Origin: Myxococcales bacterium
GTDB taxonomy: Bacteria > Myxococcota > Myxococcia > Myxococcales > Myxococcaceae
Direction of reading: 5' to 3'
Assembly (NCBI GenBank): GCA_030696265.1
Contig: JAUYSO010000017.1
Coordinates: forward strand, 136,368 to 168,807
Length of the DNA: 32,440 nucleotides
Shown here: positions 8,436-17,507 of the stretch, in pieces
Layout of the letters: each line of letters opens with the position of its first letter
Numbering within the stretch: the stretch's first letter is position 1
The notes under the pieces: model-generated
The model's input: the letters and a program-made list of their open reading frames with translations, nothing else
Database searches by the model: none
Told to the model about the DNA's origin: nothing
Translations under genes and position numbers: made by a program

Positions 8436-8609
8436 ATGCTCTCGCCCGTGCTGTCCGTCCGAACGCTCAGAGACCTCGTCGGCCACTTCGCGAAGCAGAA
8501 CAGGCTCGTCCTGCTCCCGCTCCTCGTGGTGCTGTTGCTCGCGGCGGTGCTGCTCGTGCTGACCCAGGGCCTCGCGTACGTCACGCCCTTCGTCTACGCG
8601 CTCTTCTGA
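8436..8609 (+). CDS. DUF5989/SxtK-like small membrane protein of 57 aa. It is not in the ORF track because it is shorter than 60 aa.
   Basis: The ATG is 3 nt after the carbamoyltransferase stop. The translation is MLSPVLSVRTLRDLVGHFAKQNRLVLLPLLVVLLLAAVLLVLTQGLAYVTPFVYALF. This fits the DUF5989 pattern: a basic N-terminus, one TM helix, and a conserved LTQG…PF(I/V)Y(A/T)LF C-terminus. Proteins of this type typically sit next to carbamoyltransferases. Confidence 0.65.
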   Translation: MLSPVLSVRTLRDLVGHFAKQNRLVLLPLLVVLLLAAVLLVLTQGLAYVTPFVYALF

Positions 8610-8719
8610 AGGCGAGCTTCGAAGCCACACCTGTGACGGCTGGCGTCACGAAGCCCCACGACAACCATCCGGCTTCTGGCCATGGAGCGTTGGCAAGGCC
8701 TGTGCTTCGTTCCGCGCTC

Positions 8720-10033
8720 ATGAAAACTCCAGCCCTGCTCCTGCTCTCCAGCGCGCTGCTGCTGTTCGCCTGCCCGCCTCCGCCTGGCACCTGCGCGACG
8801 ACCGGTACTGGCTCCATCGCGGTGACGTTCGCGGGCCTGCCCGCAGGCACGGACGGCACGGTGACGCTGATGGGCCCGACGTCGCAGACGCTGACGATGG
8901 GCCAGACGGTGATGGTGGGCGCGGGGACCTGGGCGGTCTCAGGTGGCCTCGTCACCGTCAGCGATCCGCTCGTTCGAACCGTCTACGCCGCGCGTGCGTC
9001 GGCGCCGAACTTCTGCCTCGTGAAGGACGCCACGCAAGCGGTCACGGTGACGTGGACGAAGGTCGCCACCAGCAACCGCCTGTGGGTCGGCAACAGCTCG
9101 GGCGGCATGGGCAGCACGCACGCCTTCGACTCGGCGAGCCTCGCCACCACGGCCACGGTCACCTCGTCGTGGAACGCCAACCTCGCAGCGAGCGGCTCGA
9201 CCGCCTTCGACAAAGAAGGAAACCTCTGGGCGCTGGGCAACACGACGGTGGACCCGTTGATCGCCCGCTTCCCAGCCGAGGGCTTCGCGACGCCTGCCGC
9301 GCCGATGGCCGACCGCCGCATCGAGGTGGCCGGCGTGAGCTGTTTCCCGCGCGCCAGCGCCCTCGCCTTCGACAAGAACGGCAACCTCTTCGTGGGCTCG
9401 AGCTGCAAGCGTGAAGTCTACAAGCTGCCGGCGGCGTCGCTCGATGGCTCGAGCACCGTCACGCCCTCACTGACGTTGACCGGCTTCATGGCGGTCTCGG
9501 GCCTGGCCTTCGACAAGGACGGCAACCTCTGGGTCTCCGACTCGTCGACCGAGGAGCTGCTGCGCTACGACTTCGGGTCACTCGACGGCGCCTCGGCAAC
9601 GGCCACGCGCCGGGTGAAGGCCCGCAAGTCAGACCAGCCAGCCGACCCCTCTGCGCTGAAGCCTGACGCGCTGGCGTTCGACAAGGACGGGAACCTGTGG
9701 AGCTACGACTTCGGCCTCAACCTGGTGTTCGCCGTCCCCGCCGCGGAGCTCCCCGGCACCGGTCCCCGGTCGGCGACGCCGCTGGTGCGCATCTCGCTCC
9801 CCGTGAGCGCGGTGCTCGAAGGGCTCGCGTTCGATGAAGGTGGCGGGCTGTGGCTCCCGTACAGCGCGGGCAACCTCGCTCGGCTGGCTCCGGCACAACT
9901 GACGGTGAGCACCGGCTCGGGAGCCCCGACGGTGCCCGACACCATCATCACCGGCTCGTCGCTCGGCAGCGCGCAGGGCCCCGCCTTCTACCCGGCAGCG
10001 AAGGGCACGCCGCTGTTCCACGCGTTGCCGTAG
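8720..10033 (+). CDS. Lipoprotein with an NHL/SGL-type beta-propeller fold of unknown function.
   Basis: The N-terminus MKTPALLLLSSALLLFAC carries a lipobox (LFA|C). A propeller-blade motif recurs at least five times: AFDKEGNLW, AFDKNGNLFV, AFDKDGNLWV, AFDKDGNLW and AFDEGGGLW. The ORF-track start at 8429 is an Arg/Pro-rich extension that overlaps the DUF5989 gene. Confidence 0.75.
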   Translation: MKTPALLLLSSALLLFACPPPPGTCATTGTGSIAVTFAGLPAGTDGTVTLMGPTSQTLTMGQTVMVGAGTWAVSGGLVTVSDPLVRTVYAARASAPNFCLVKDATQAVTVTWTKVATSNRLWVGNSSGGMGSTHAFDSASLATTATVTSSWNANLAASGSTAFDKEGNLWALGNTTVDPLIARFPAEGFATPAAPMADRRIEVAGVSCFPRASALAFDKNGNLFVGSSCKREVYKLPAASLDGSSTVTPSLTLTGFMAVSGLAFDKDGNLWVSDSSTEELLRYDFGSLDGASATATRRVKARKSDQPADPSALKPDALAFDKDGNLWSYDFGLNLVFAVPAAELPGTGPRSATPLVRISLPVSAVLEGLAFDEGGGLWLPYSAGNLARLAPAQLTVSTGSGAPTVPDTIITGSSLGSAQGPAFYPAAKGTPLFHALP

Positions 10034-10036
10034 CGG

Positions 10037-11770
10037 CTACGGGATCGTCAGGACCGCCTGCGAGAAACCCGCTTTGCCTCCCGGAGCCGCTGGTCCACCG
10101 GGGCCCGGGTTGTTGACGGTCGAGGTCAGCGTCACGCTGCTCGACACAGAGACGACGCCGATGGAAGGCCCGCCTGCGCCAGCTCCGCCTGGGCCGCCCT
10201 GCCCGCCTTCGCCTCCGGTGCCGCCGTCGCCAGCGCCCGGCACGTTCATCATCTGGGCCGTGAGTTGACAGGAAAAGGCACAGAGGGAGCGATTGCAGCT
10301 CGCGCCAGTTGGGTTGAGACAGCTCAACGGGTTGCCCTGGGCGCCGAGCGAGCCACCCGCGCCAGCGCCACCATCAGCACCTGCTCCACCGATTCCGCCA
10401 GCGCCTGACTCGAGCCTCGAGTTCGTCACCACCATGGTGCTGCCGCCAGCAGCGAACAGCGCAATCGACGCGCCGGCGCCGATGCCTCCCGCAGCCCCTG
10501 CTCCTCCAAGGCCGCCACAGCCACACCTGCCGCTGGAACCGCTCATCGCAGTCGTGGAGACGGGGCAGGCGAGCATCTGGTTGCTGCAGTTGGGTGGCGC
10601 GCTGCAACCGACGGCGCACGGTGTCGGAATGGGTGCCGGCGCGATCGTGCCGTTGAAGCCGGGCCCTCCAAGTATTCCAGGTGCGCCGTGGCCCGCAAGG
10701 TACCCAGTGATGTCGAACCAGCCGCCATCCGACGGACGGCCCATGGCGCCCCGCAGGCCAGGCCCGCCGCTGGAGCAGTCGTTCGTTCCAGCGCATGAGG
10801 TGGTGCCCGTTGCCGCAGCGGGGTCCATCGGCGTGCCCCCATTGCTCGCGTCGTTTGCGATCACCAGCACGTCGTCGAGCGCGACGTTCGACGCCGTCGC
10901 CCGAAGCCCATACGTCGAGCCGTTCTTCATGTTGGTGTCGCCCGAACGAACGGTGAGTTGGCGGACAGTCACCGGATCGCCGGAGACCGCGACGAACTCG
11001 AGGCCCACGCCTGAACCCTGAATCACCGTGCGGGCGCGAGCCGAGGGAGCGCAGTCACGTGACCAGTCGGGCAGAAATCCACCCGACAACGTGCGCCCAC
11101 CCTGCACGCTGCCAAGGGTGAGCGTCTCTGCGTAGACGCCCGGCGCGATGGCGATGACGGACCTGCGCTGCGTCCGCGAGAGTGCGCGATCGATGGTCGC
11201 AAACGGCGCAATGGCGGTTCCGGCGTTGGTGTCGCTCCCGCCGTCGACGTTCACGAAGTAGGTGTCGAGCGGGTTGAGTTGTGCGCCACACCCTGCTGTT
11301 CCGCCTGCGACTCCGCCGCCTGCGACTCCGCCACCAGACGTTCCGCCACCACCGGCGATTCCGCCACCGGACGTTCCGCCGCCTGCGATTCCTCCGCCTG
11401 ACACTCCGCCGCCTGACGTTCCGCCCCCTGCAATGCCGCCGCCTGCGATTCCGCCGCCTGACGTTCCGCCGCCTGACGTTCCGCCCCCTGCGATTCCTCC
11501 GCCTGACGTTCCGCCTCCTGCGATTCCTCCGCCAGCCGTACCGCCGTCACTGTCGAGGCAGTACCGGCCAGCCTCGAGCGAGACGCAACGCAGGCCCTCC
11601 GGGCACCCTCCGTCTGCCTCACACCTGAAGTTCACGCCCGTGGGGAGGCTGCACCCCGCGAGCACCATCGCCAGGAAACAGATTGTGGTCCAACGCACGG
11701 AATCACCATAGCCGCTTTCCCGCGCAGACGGAGCCAGCCGCATACGAGAGTGAAGCGCTGCTGACATCAC
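10037..11770 (-). CDS. Secreted lipoprotein: N-terminal Cys-knot-like motif, (GG[IT][AS]G)x15 linker, DUF1565-like right-handed parallel beta-helix, and a Gly-rich C-terminus.
   Basis: The signal peptide and lipobox are …FLAMVLAG|C; the start could be ATG 11770 or 11743. The N-terminal motif CEADGGCPEGLRCVSLEAGRYC is followed by the tandem Gly array. After it, PFATIDRALSRTQ…IAIAPGVYAETLTL matches the N-terminal signature of DUF1565 beta-helix proteins. The C-terminal 200 aa are Gly/Ala-rich. Confidence 0.75.
   Translation of the reverse strand: MMSAALHSRMRLAPSARESGYGDSVRWTTICFLAMVLAGCSLPTGVNFRCEADGGCPEGLRCVSLEAGRYCLDSDGGTAGGGIAGGGTSGGGIAGGGTSGGGTSGGGIAGGGIAGGGTSGGGVSGGGIAGGGTSGGGIAGGGGTSGGGVAGGGVAGGTAGCGAQLNPLDTYFVNVDGGSDTNAGTAIAPFATIDRALSRTQRRSVIAIAPGVYAETLTLGSVQGGRTLSGGFLPDWSRDCAPSARARTVIQGSGVGLEFVAVSGDPVTVRQLTVRSGDTNMKNGSTYGLRATASNVALDDVLVIANDASNGGTPMDPAAATGTTSCAGTNDCSSGGPGLRGAMGRPSDGGWFDITGYLAGHGAPGILGGPGFNGTIAPAPIPTPCAVGCSAPPNCSNQMLACPVSTTAMSGSSGRCGCGGLGGAGAAGGIGAGASIALFAAGGSTMVVTNSRLESGAGGIGGAGADGGAGAGGSLGAQGNPLSCLNPTGASCNRSLCAFSCQLTAQMMNVPGAGDGGTGGEGGQGGPGGAGAGGPSIGVVSVSSSVTLTSTVNNPGPGGPAAPGGKAGFSQAVLTIP
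11293..11545. repeat. About 17 tandem copies of a 15-bp unit (consensus ccgcctgacgttccg / ccgcctgcgattcct). On the minus strand it encodes the (GGxxG)n linker.
   Basis: Direct reading gave cctgacgttccgccgcctgacgttccgccccctgcgattcctccgcctgacgttccgcctcctgcgattcctccgcc. There are no spacers, so this is not CRISPR. Confidence 0.85.
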
Positions 11771-11797
11771 GGCGAGTCACCCATTGATCCGCCTTGA

Positions 11798-13330
<1,533 letters not shown>

Positions 13331-13350
13331 GCGGAGCGGAGCGGATCAAT

Positions 13351-13755
13351 ATGGCGAAGCTCAAAGTCGAAGTCGTCACTCCTGAGCGCCGGCTGGCGCA
13401 GCTGGAAGCCGACGAGGTCATCGCTCCCGGTGCCGAGGGTCTGTTCGGTGTTCGCCCCGGCCACGCGCCGTTCCTCTCGCTGCTGATGCCGGGCCCCCTC
13501 ACCGTGAAGACCGGTGGCACGAGCGAGCTGTTCTTCGTCGCTGGCGGCTTCGTCGAGGTCGGCGCGCAGAACGTTCGCGTGCTGGCCGACTCCGCGCAGC
13601 CCGCGAAGGACATCGACACGGCGGCGGCGAAGAAGCGCATCAGCGAGGCCGAAGAGAAGCTCAAGGGCCTCGAGGTGACCGACCCGAAGGCCGAGCCGCA
13701 GCGCGACCTCATTCGACGCGAGCAGAAGCGCCTCGAAGTCGCGGCGATGAAGTAA
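13351..13755 (+). CDS. atpC: F0F1 ATP synthase subunit epsilon.
   Basis: The ATG is 20 nt after the atpD stop. The N-terminus MAKLKVEVVTPERRLAQLEADEVIAPGAEGLFGVRPGHAPFLSLL is typical of an epsilon subunit, and a helical tail follows. The ORF-track entry 12541..13755 is a 5' extension that overlaps atpD. Confidence 0.9.
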   Translation: MAKLKVEVVTPERRLAQLEADEVIAPGAEGLFGVRPGHAPFLSLLMPGPLTVKTGGTSELFFVAGGFVEVGAQNVRVLADSAQPAKDIDTAAAKKRISEAEEKLKGLEVTDPKAEPQRDLIRREQKRLEVAAMK

Positions 13756-13794
13756 TCGCTGACTGGCGTCGAGCCTGACTCCCATGTCGTCGGT

Positions 13795-13816
13795 GGGCCA
13801 CGACCTTCGCTGGCCC
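13795..13816 (+). terminator. Possible hairpin after atpC: stem GGGCCA / TGGCCC with a 10-nt loop and no U-tract.
   Basis: The inverted repeat gggccacgaccttcgctggccc was read 40 nt after the atpC stop. The lack of a T-rich tail makes it weak. Confidence 0.15.
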
Positions 13817-13834
13817 GGCTGGTAGCTTCGCAGC

Positions 13835-15403
13835 ATGGATGTGGCTTCGGCCCTCGCGGCATTCGAAGACTCGGTCTTTGCCGCCTGCTGTGCCCAGTTT
13901 CCCCGGGCGTGCTCCGCGTGCCGCCGGCCCCACCCCACGTTCCTCAGCTACCTCGAGTCGACGAAGCGCATCGGCGCGCCGAAGCTCGACCCTGACGACG
14001 ACGAAGACGACGCCATCGGGCTGTTGAGCTTCGCCAACTGCGAGTGCGGCAGCACGCTGGCGATTCGATACGAAGACATCTCGAAGCACGCAGCGTTCAA
14101 CGCAGCCGTGCGGCGCGACATCGCGACGACGGGCCGCTCCGACGCCGAGGTGCTCGAGGCGCTCATCGAGGCCGTCAACGCCAGGGCCCGCTCGGCGCAG
14201 GCCCCGCAGGCCTTCATGCCGTCGGTGCCCGACCAGCGCCTGCTCGACGTGGGCGCCGCGATGATGGCGATTCTGGAGCGCGGCTCGGTGCGCGTCCCAC
14301 CGTTCCCTGCCGTGGCGTTCAAGGTGGCCGAGCTCGCGCGGTCGGCCGACGCCACCCCCGAGCAGATCGCGAAGGTCATCTCGAGCGACGCGACGCTGGC
14401 GGCCGAGCTGCTCCACCTGGTGAATGCGCCGATCTACGCCCGGGGGCAACCGGTCACCTCGTTGTCGATGGCCGTGAAACGGCTGGGCATGAAGGAGGTC
14501 GCGCGCCTGGCCATCGCAGCGGGCGTCGGCGGCGCGACGGCGACGGTCGGGCCCCTGTCGCCCGTGCGCCTGCACCTGTGGCATCGGAGCGTGACGACGG
14601 CGATGGTGAGCCGCTCGCTCGGCACCAGGCGCGGTCTTCAGTCCGACGAGAGCTTCCTCGCCGGCCTGCTCCACCCCCTGGGCTCCATCGTCGGCACGCT
14701 GAGCCTCGAGATCTTCCTCTCGGAGCACCCCACCTTCGCGGCGCAGCCGCTCTCGTTCTGGCTGCGCGTGCTCGAGGTCTTCCGCGCCGAGCTCGGTGCG
14801 CTGACGGCGAAGCGCTGGCATCTGCCGAGGACGCTGGGAGAGGTCATCAGCACGCAGTCTGGCGCGGGCAGTTCGGGCTGTGAGGCTCCGGCGATGATCG
14901 ACCTCGTCCTGGCTTCGGCGCAGATCGCCCGCGTCGTCTCCGAGGTGGACGAGGTCACCGACGCCACCCTGGCCGCCGTGCCGGCGCTCACGGCCGACGA
15001 GCGCGCGCACCTGGTGAAGGCGCTGCCACCGCTGGCCGAGGCCGTCGCCTCACTCGAAGAGGCGCCAACGTCCAAGGCCGCGCCGACTCGGGTGCTCCCG
15101 GCCGAGCCACCGGCCACAGCCCCGGCCCCGGCGAAGGACGTGTTCGTGGTGAACAGCCGTCGGCGCGAGGACCGCTTCAAGGTCGTCTCGTTCATGCCTC
15201 GAGCCCTGGTGCTCGAGGGCAAGGGCATGCTGGCCGAGCACGTGCTGGCGAGCCTCGAGGTCGACGCGCAGCCGCCGCTCCCGTTGTGCGCGGTCGCCAC
15301 GTCGGTCGGCACCGTCGCCACCGGAGCCCAGCGGCTGGTGCTGGCGCCGTTCGCGATGAGCGCCGAAGCGGCGCGCCGGCTGCGCGAGCTCACGAAGGGG
15401 TGA
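13835..15403 (+). CDS. HDOD-domain signalling protein with an N-terminal Cys cluster and a PilZ-like C-terminal region.
   Basis: Residues about 150-320 match the HDOD consensus: FPAVAFKVAELARSADATPEQIAKVISSDATLAAELLHLVNAPIYARGQPVTSLSMAVKRLGMKEVARLAIAAG. The N-terminus has three Cys clusters, CC…CxxC…CxC. The C-terminus VFVVNSRRREDRFKV…VLEGKGML resembles the PilZ RxxxR and DxSxGG motifs; this last call is tentative. Confidence 0.8.
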   Translation: MDVASALAAFEDSVFAACCAQFPRACSACRRPHPTFLSYLESTKRIGAPKLDPDDDEDDAIGLLSFANCECGSTLAIRYEDISKHAAFNAAVRRDIATTGRSDAEVLEALIEAVNARARSAQAPQAFMPSVPDQRLLDVGAAMMAILERGSVRVPPFPAVAFKVAELARSADATPEQIAKVISSDATLAAELLHLVNAPIYARGQPVTSLSMAVKRLGMKEVARLAIAAGVGGATATVGPLSPVRLHLWHRSVTTAMVSRSLGTRRGLQSDESFLAGLLHPLGSIVGTLSLEIFLSEHPTFAAQPLSFWLRVLEVFRAELGALTAKRWHLPRTLGEVISTQSGAGSSGCEAPAMIDLVLASAQIARVVSEVDEVTDATLAAVPALTADERAHLVKALPPLAEAVASLEEAPTSKAAPTRVLPAEPPATAPAPAKDVFVVNSRRREDRFKVVSFMPRALVLEGKGMLAEHVLASLEVDAQPPLPLCAVATSVGTVATGAQRLVLAPFAMSAEAARRLRELTKG

Positions 15404-15447
15404 GTACCTCCCGGGCCCGGCTCGGCGGTGCGTGATAGACGAGGGGC

Positions 15448-16575
15448 ATGACGCCGTTCTTCCTCGTCTCCGTCTTGACGGTCGCGACCCCAGACGCCGG
15501 AGTGGCGACGCCGACCCAGGCCGCCATGCGAAGCGCCCTCGACGCGTTGTTCGGCCTCGAGCCCCTCGTCGCCAACCCGGAGCGGTTGCGAGACCCACTC
15601 CAGGCCGAGGACATCACCCGGCGCCTCGACGCGCTCGCGGGGCTCAAGCACGCCTTCCCTGCCGATGCGAAGGCGCAGGAGCCTGCCACCGCCGCGCTGT
15701 CGGGCCTCTTCTCGCAGTACGCCCTCGAGACGCGCCGGCGCTTCACCTTCGGTGACCGCGAGACCGTTCCCTCTCGCGTGCGCACGCTGATGAGCCTGTG
15801 CTTCACCTGTCACAGCCGCGAGCGCGCGCCCGCCGACTACCAGGACATGGAGAAGCACCTCGACGCGATGAAGCTCTCGCCGTTCGACAAGGCGCAGTAC
15901 CTCGCGGCGACGCGCCAGTTCGACAAGGCCATCGACGCGTACGGCGCCCTCATCGCGCAGCCGGCGAAGGACGAGCGCTCGCTCCTCGTGCAGGCCCGCG
16001 CCATCAAGGACCTGCTGACGCTGCTGGTCCGCGTGAAGGACGACCCGAAGGCCGCCGACGTGTTCCTCGAAGGGCTCGCGAAGCGCGAAGACGTGGCGCC
16101 GTTCCTCAAGCGGCCCGTCGCGGCCTGGCGCAAAGACGTGCTGGCCTGGAAGAAGGAAGGCTTCGATGCCCAGCGGGCGTCGGCGAAGGATCTCTTCGCG
16201 AAGGGCAAGGCGCTCGTGCGGCAGGCGAGCGGCCCACGCAGCTACCTGCCCGACGAGACGTACGTCGTCGCGTACCTGCGCGCGAGCGCGTACCTGAACC
16301 TGGCGCTGCACAAGAACCCGGCGCTCCCGCAGCGTGGCGAGGCGCTGTTCCTGCTCGGCCTCTGCACGGGCGCGCTGAAGTCTCCGCTGTTGTGGGACGT
16401 CGACCTGCTCTTCTTCGAGGCCTGCATCCGCGAGAACCCGAAGTCGGCCCTGGCGCGGCAGTGCTTCACGCAGCTCTCTGACCGGCTCTACTTTGGCTAC
16501 ACCGGCTCGTCGGGCACGCACCTGCCGGAGGACGAGCTCGAGCGCCTGTCGACGCTGCGCGCGCTGGCCGAGTGA
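15448..16575 (+). CDS. Secreted helical (TPR-like) protein with a single CxxCH motif; possible c-type heme attachment.
   Basis: The N-terminus MTPFFLVSVLTVATPDAGVA is signal-like. The CxxCH motif is in SLCFTCHSRERAP. Helical repeats are rich in Lys, Ala and Leu. Its stop TGA at 16573-16575 overlaps the start region of the next gene. Confidence 0.65.
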   Translation: MTPFFLVSVLTVATPDAGVATPTQAAMRSALDALFGLEPLVANPERLRDPLQAEDITRRLDALAGLKHAFPADAKAQEPATAALSGLFSQYALETRRRFTFGDRETVPSRVRTLMSLCFTCHSRERAPADYQDMEKHLDAMKLSPFDKAQYLAATRQFDKAIDAYGALIAQPAKDERSLLVQARAIKDLLTLLVRVKDDPKAADVFLEGLAKREDVAPFLKRPVAAWRKDVLAWKKEGFDAQRASAKDLFAKGKALVRQASGPRSYLPDETYVVAYLRASAYLNLALHKNPALPQRGEALFLLGLCTGALKSPLLWDVDLLFFEACIRENPKSALARQCFTQLSDRLYFGYTGSSGTHLPEDELERLSTLRALAE

Positions 16576-16579
16576 CGTG

Positions 16580-17497
16580 ATGTCGCCGTCGAAGCCGCTC
16601 TCGCCTCGCGCGGCGCACGCGCTGCTCCACGTGACGGTCTTCACCTGGGGCTTCACCGCCATTCTCGGCCGGCTCATCAGCATCTCGGCCGTGCCGCTCG
16701 TCTGGTACCGGCTGGTGGTGGTGCTCCCGGTGATGGCGCTCGCCTTGAAGTGGAAGGGCCAGGCCTTCGCCACGGCCCCGAAGACGATGCGGGCCTTCTG
16801 GGGCATCGGCGTGCTCGTCGCGCTGCACTGGCTCTGCTTCTACGGGTGCATCAAGTACGCAGGCGTCGCGGTGGCGGTGTTGTGCCTGTCGACCATCACC
16901 TTCTTCACCGCCCTCATCGAGCCGCTCGTCTTCAAGCGCGGCATCGTGGTGGCCGAATTGCTCATTGGCCTCGCGGCGGTCGGCGGCGTGTCGCTCCTGG
17001 TGCGCTTCGAGACGAACGCGACGCCGATGGGCCTGGCGCTGGGGCTGGGCTCGGCGCTGTTCTCGGCGGGCTTCGGCACGCTCAACGGGCGCTGGAGTCA
17101 GGGCGAGCCGGCCGAGCGCGTGACGCTGCACGAGCTGTCGTCGGGGCTGGTGGTGACGTCGCTCGCGTTCCTCGCCTGGGACTTCGTGCCGCCGTGGGCG
17201 CTGTCGGGCGCCGACGTGGGCTGGCTCTTGCTCCTCGGCGTGGTGTGCACGGTCTTCCCGTGGCTGGCGAGCCTGCGCATCCTCGAGACGTTGTCGCCGT
17301 ACACCATCGCGCTCACCGTCACGCTCGAGCCCGTCTATTCGCTGGTACTCGCGTACATCTTGTTCCCCGGCGAAGAGCAGCTGACGTGGCGGTTCTACAC
17401 GGGCGCGCTCGGCCTGCTCTCGCTCGTGCTGCTCAACGGGTGGCTGAAGCGACCGAAGCCTCCGGGCACGGCGTTCGCGCGCGCAGCAGAACGGTAG
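16580..17497 (+). CDS. DMT-superfamily (EamA-like) transporter.
   Basis: About 10 hydrophobic helices are arranged as two EamA-like halves (…LGRLISISAVPLVWYRLVV…; …LSGADVGWLLLLGVVCTVFPWLASLRILETLSP…). The start is ATG 16580, or GTG 16577, immediately after the upstream stop. The ORF-track entry 16493..17497 extends 5' into the previous gene. Confidence 0.85.
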   Translation: MSPSKPLSPRAAHALLHVTVFTWGFTAILGRLISISAVPLVWYRLVVVLPVMALALKWKGQAFATAPKTMRAFWGIGVLVALHWLCFYGCIKYAGVAVAVLCLSTITFFTALIEPLVFKRGIVVAELLIGLAAVGGVSLLVRFETNATPMGLALGLGSALFSAGFGTLNGRWSQGEPAERVTLHELSSGLVVTSLAFLAWDFVPPWALSGADVGWLLLLGVVCTVFPWLASLRILETLSPYTIALTVTLEPVYSLVLAYILFPGEEQLTWRFYTGALGLLSLVLLNGWLKRPKPPGTAFARAAER

Positions 17498-17507
17498 ACG
17501 TCTCCAT

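Noticed and set aside
8429-8719. 5' extension of the propeller-lipoprotein ORF
   Set aside because: The extension is Arg/Pro/Ala-rich and overlaps the DUF5989 micro-ORF. The lipoprotein signal peptide starts at 8720.
11293-11545. Possible CRISPR array (also considered for 32205..32440)
   Set aside because: These are perfect head-to-tail 15-bp units without spacers, and they are in-frame coding low-complexity linkers. No cas genes are present.
11262-11711. + strand ORF encoding PPAIPPPDVPPP proline repeats
   Set aside because: This is the opposite-strand reading of the 15-bp array. The minus-strand frame is continuous with a signal peptide upstream and a DUF1565 beta-helix downstream, so the Gly-rich reading is the coding one.
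14638-16806. 722-aa minus-strand ORF
   Set aside because: Arg-rich shadow ORF spanning the HDOD, CxxCH and DMT genes. It has no motifs and poor composition.
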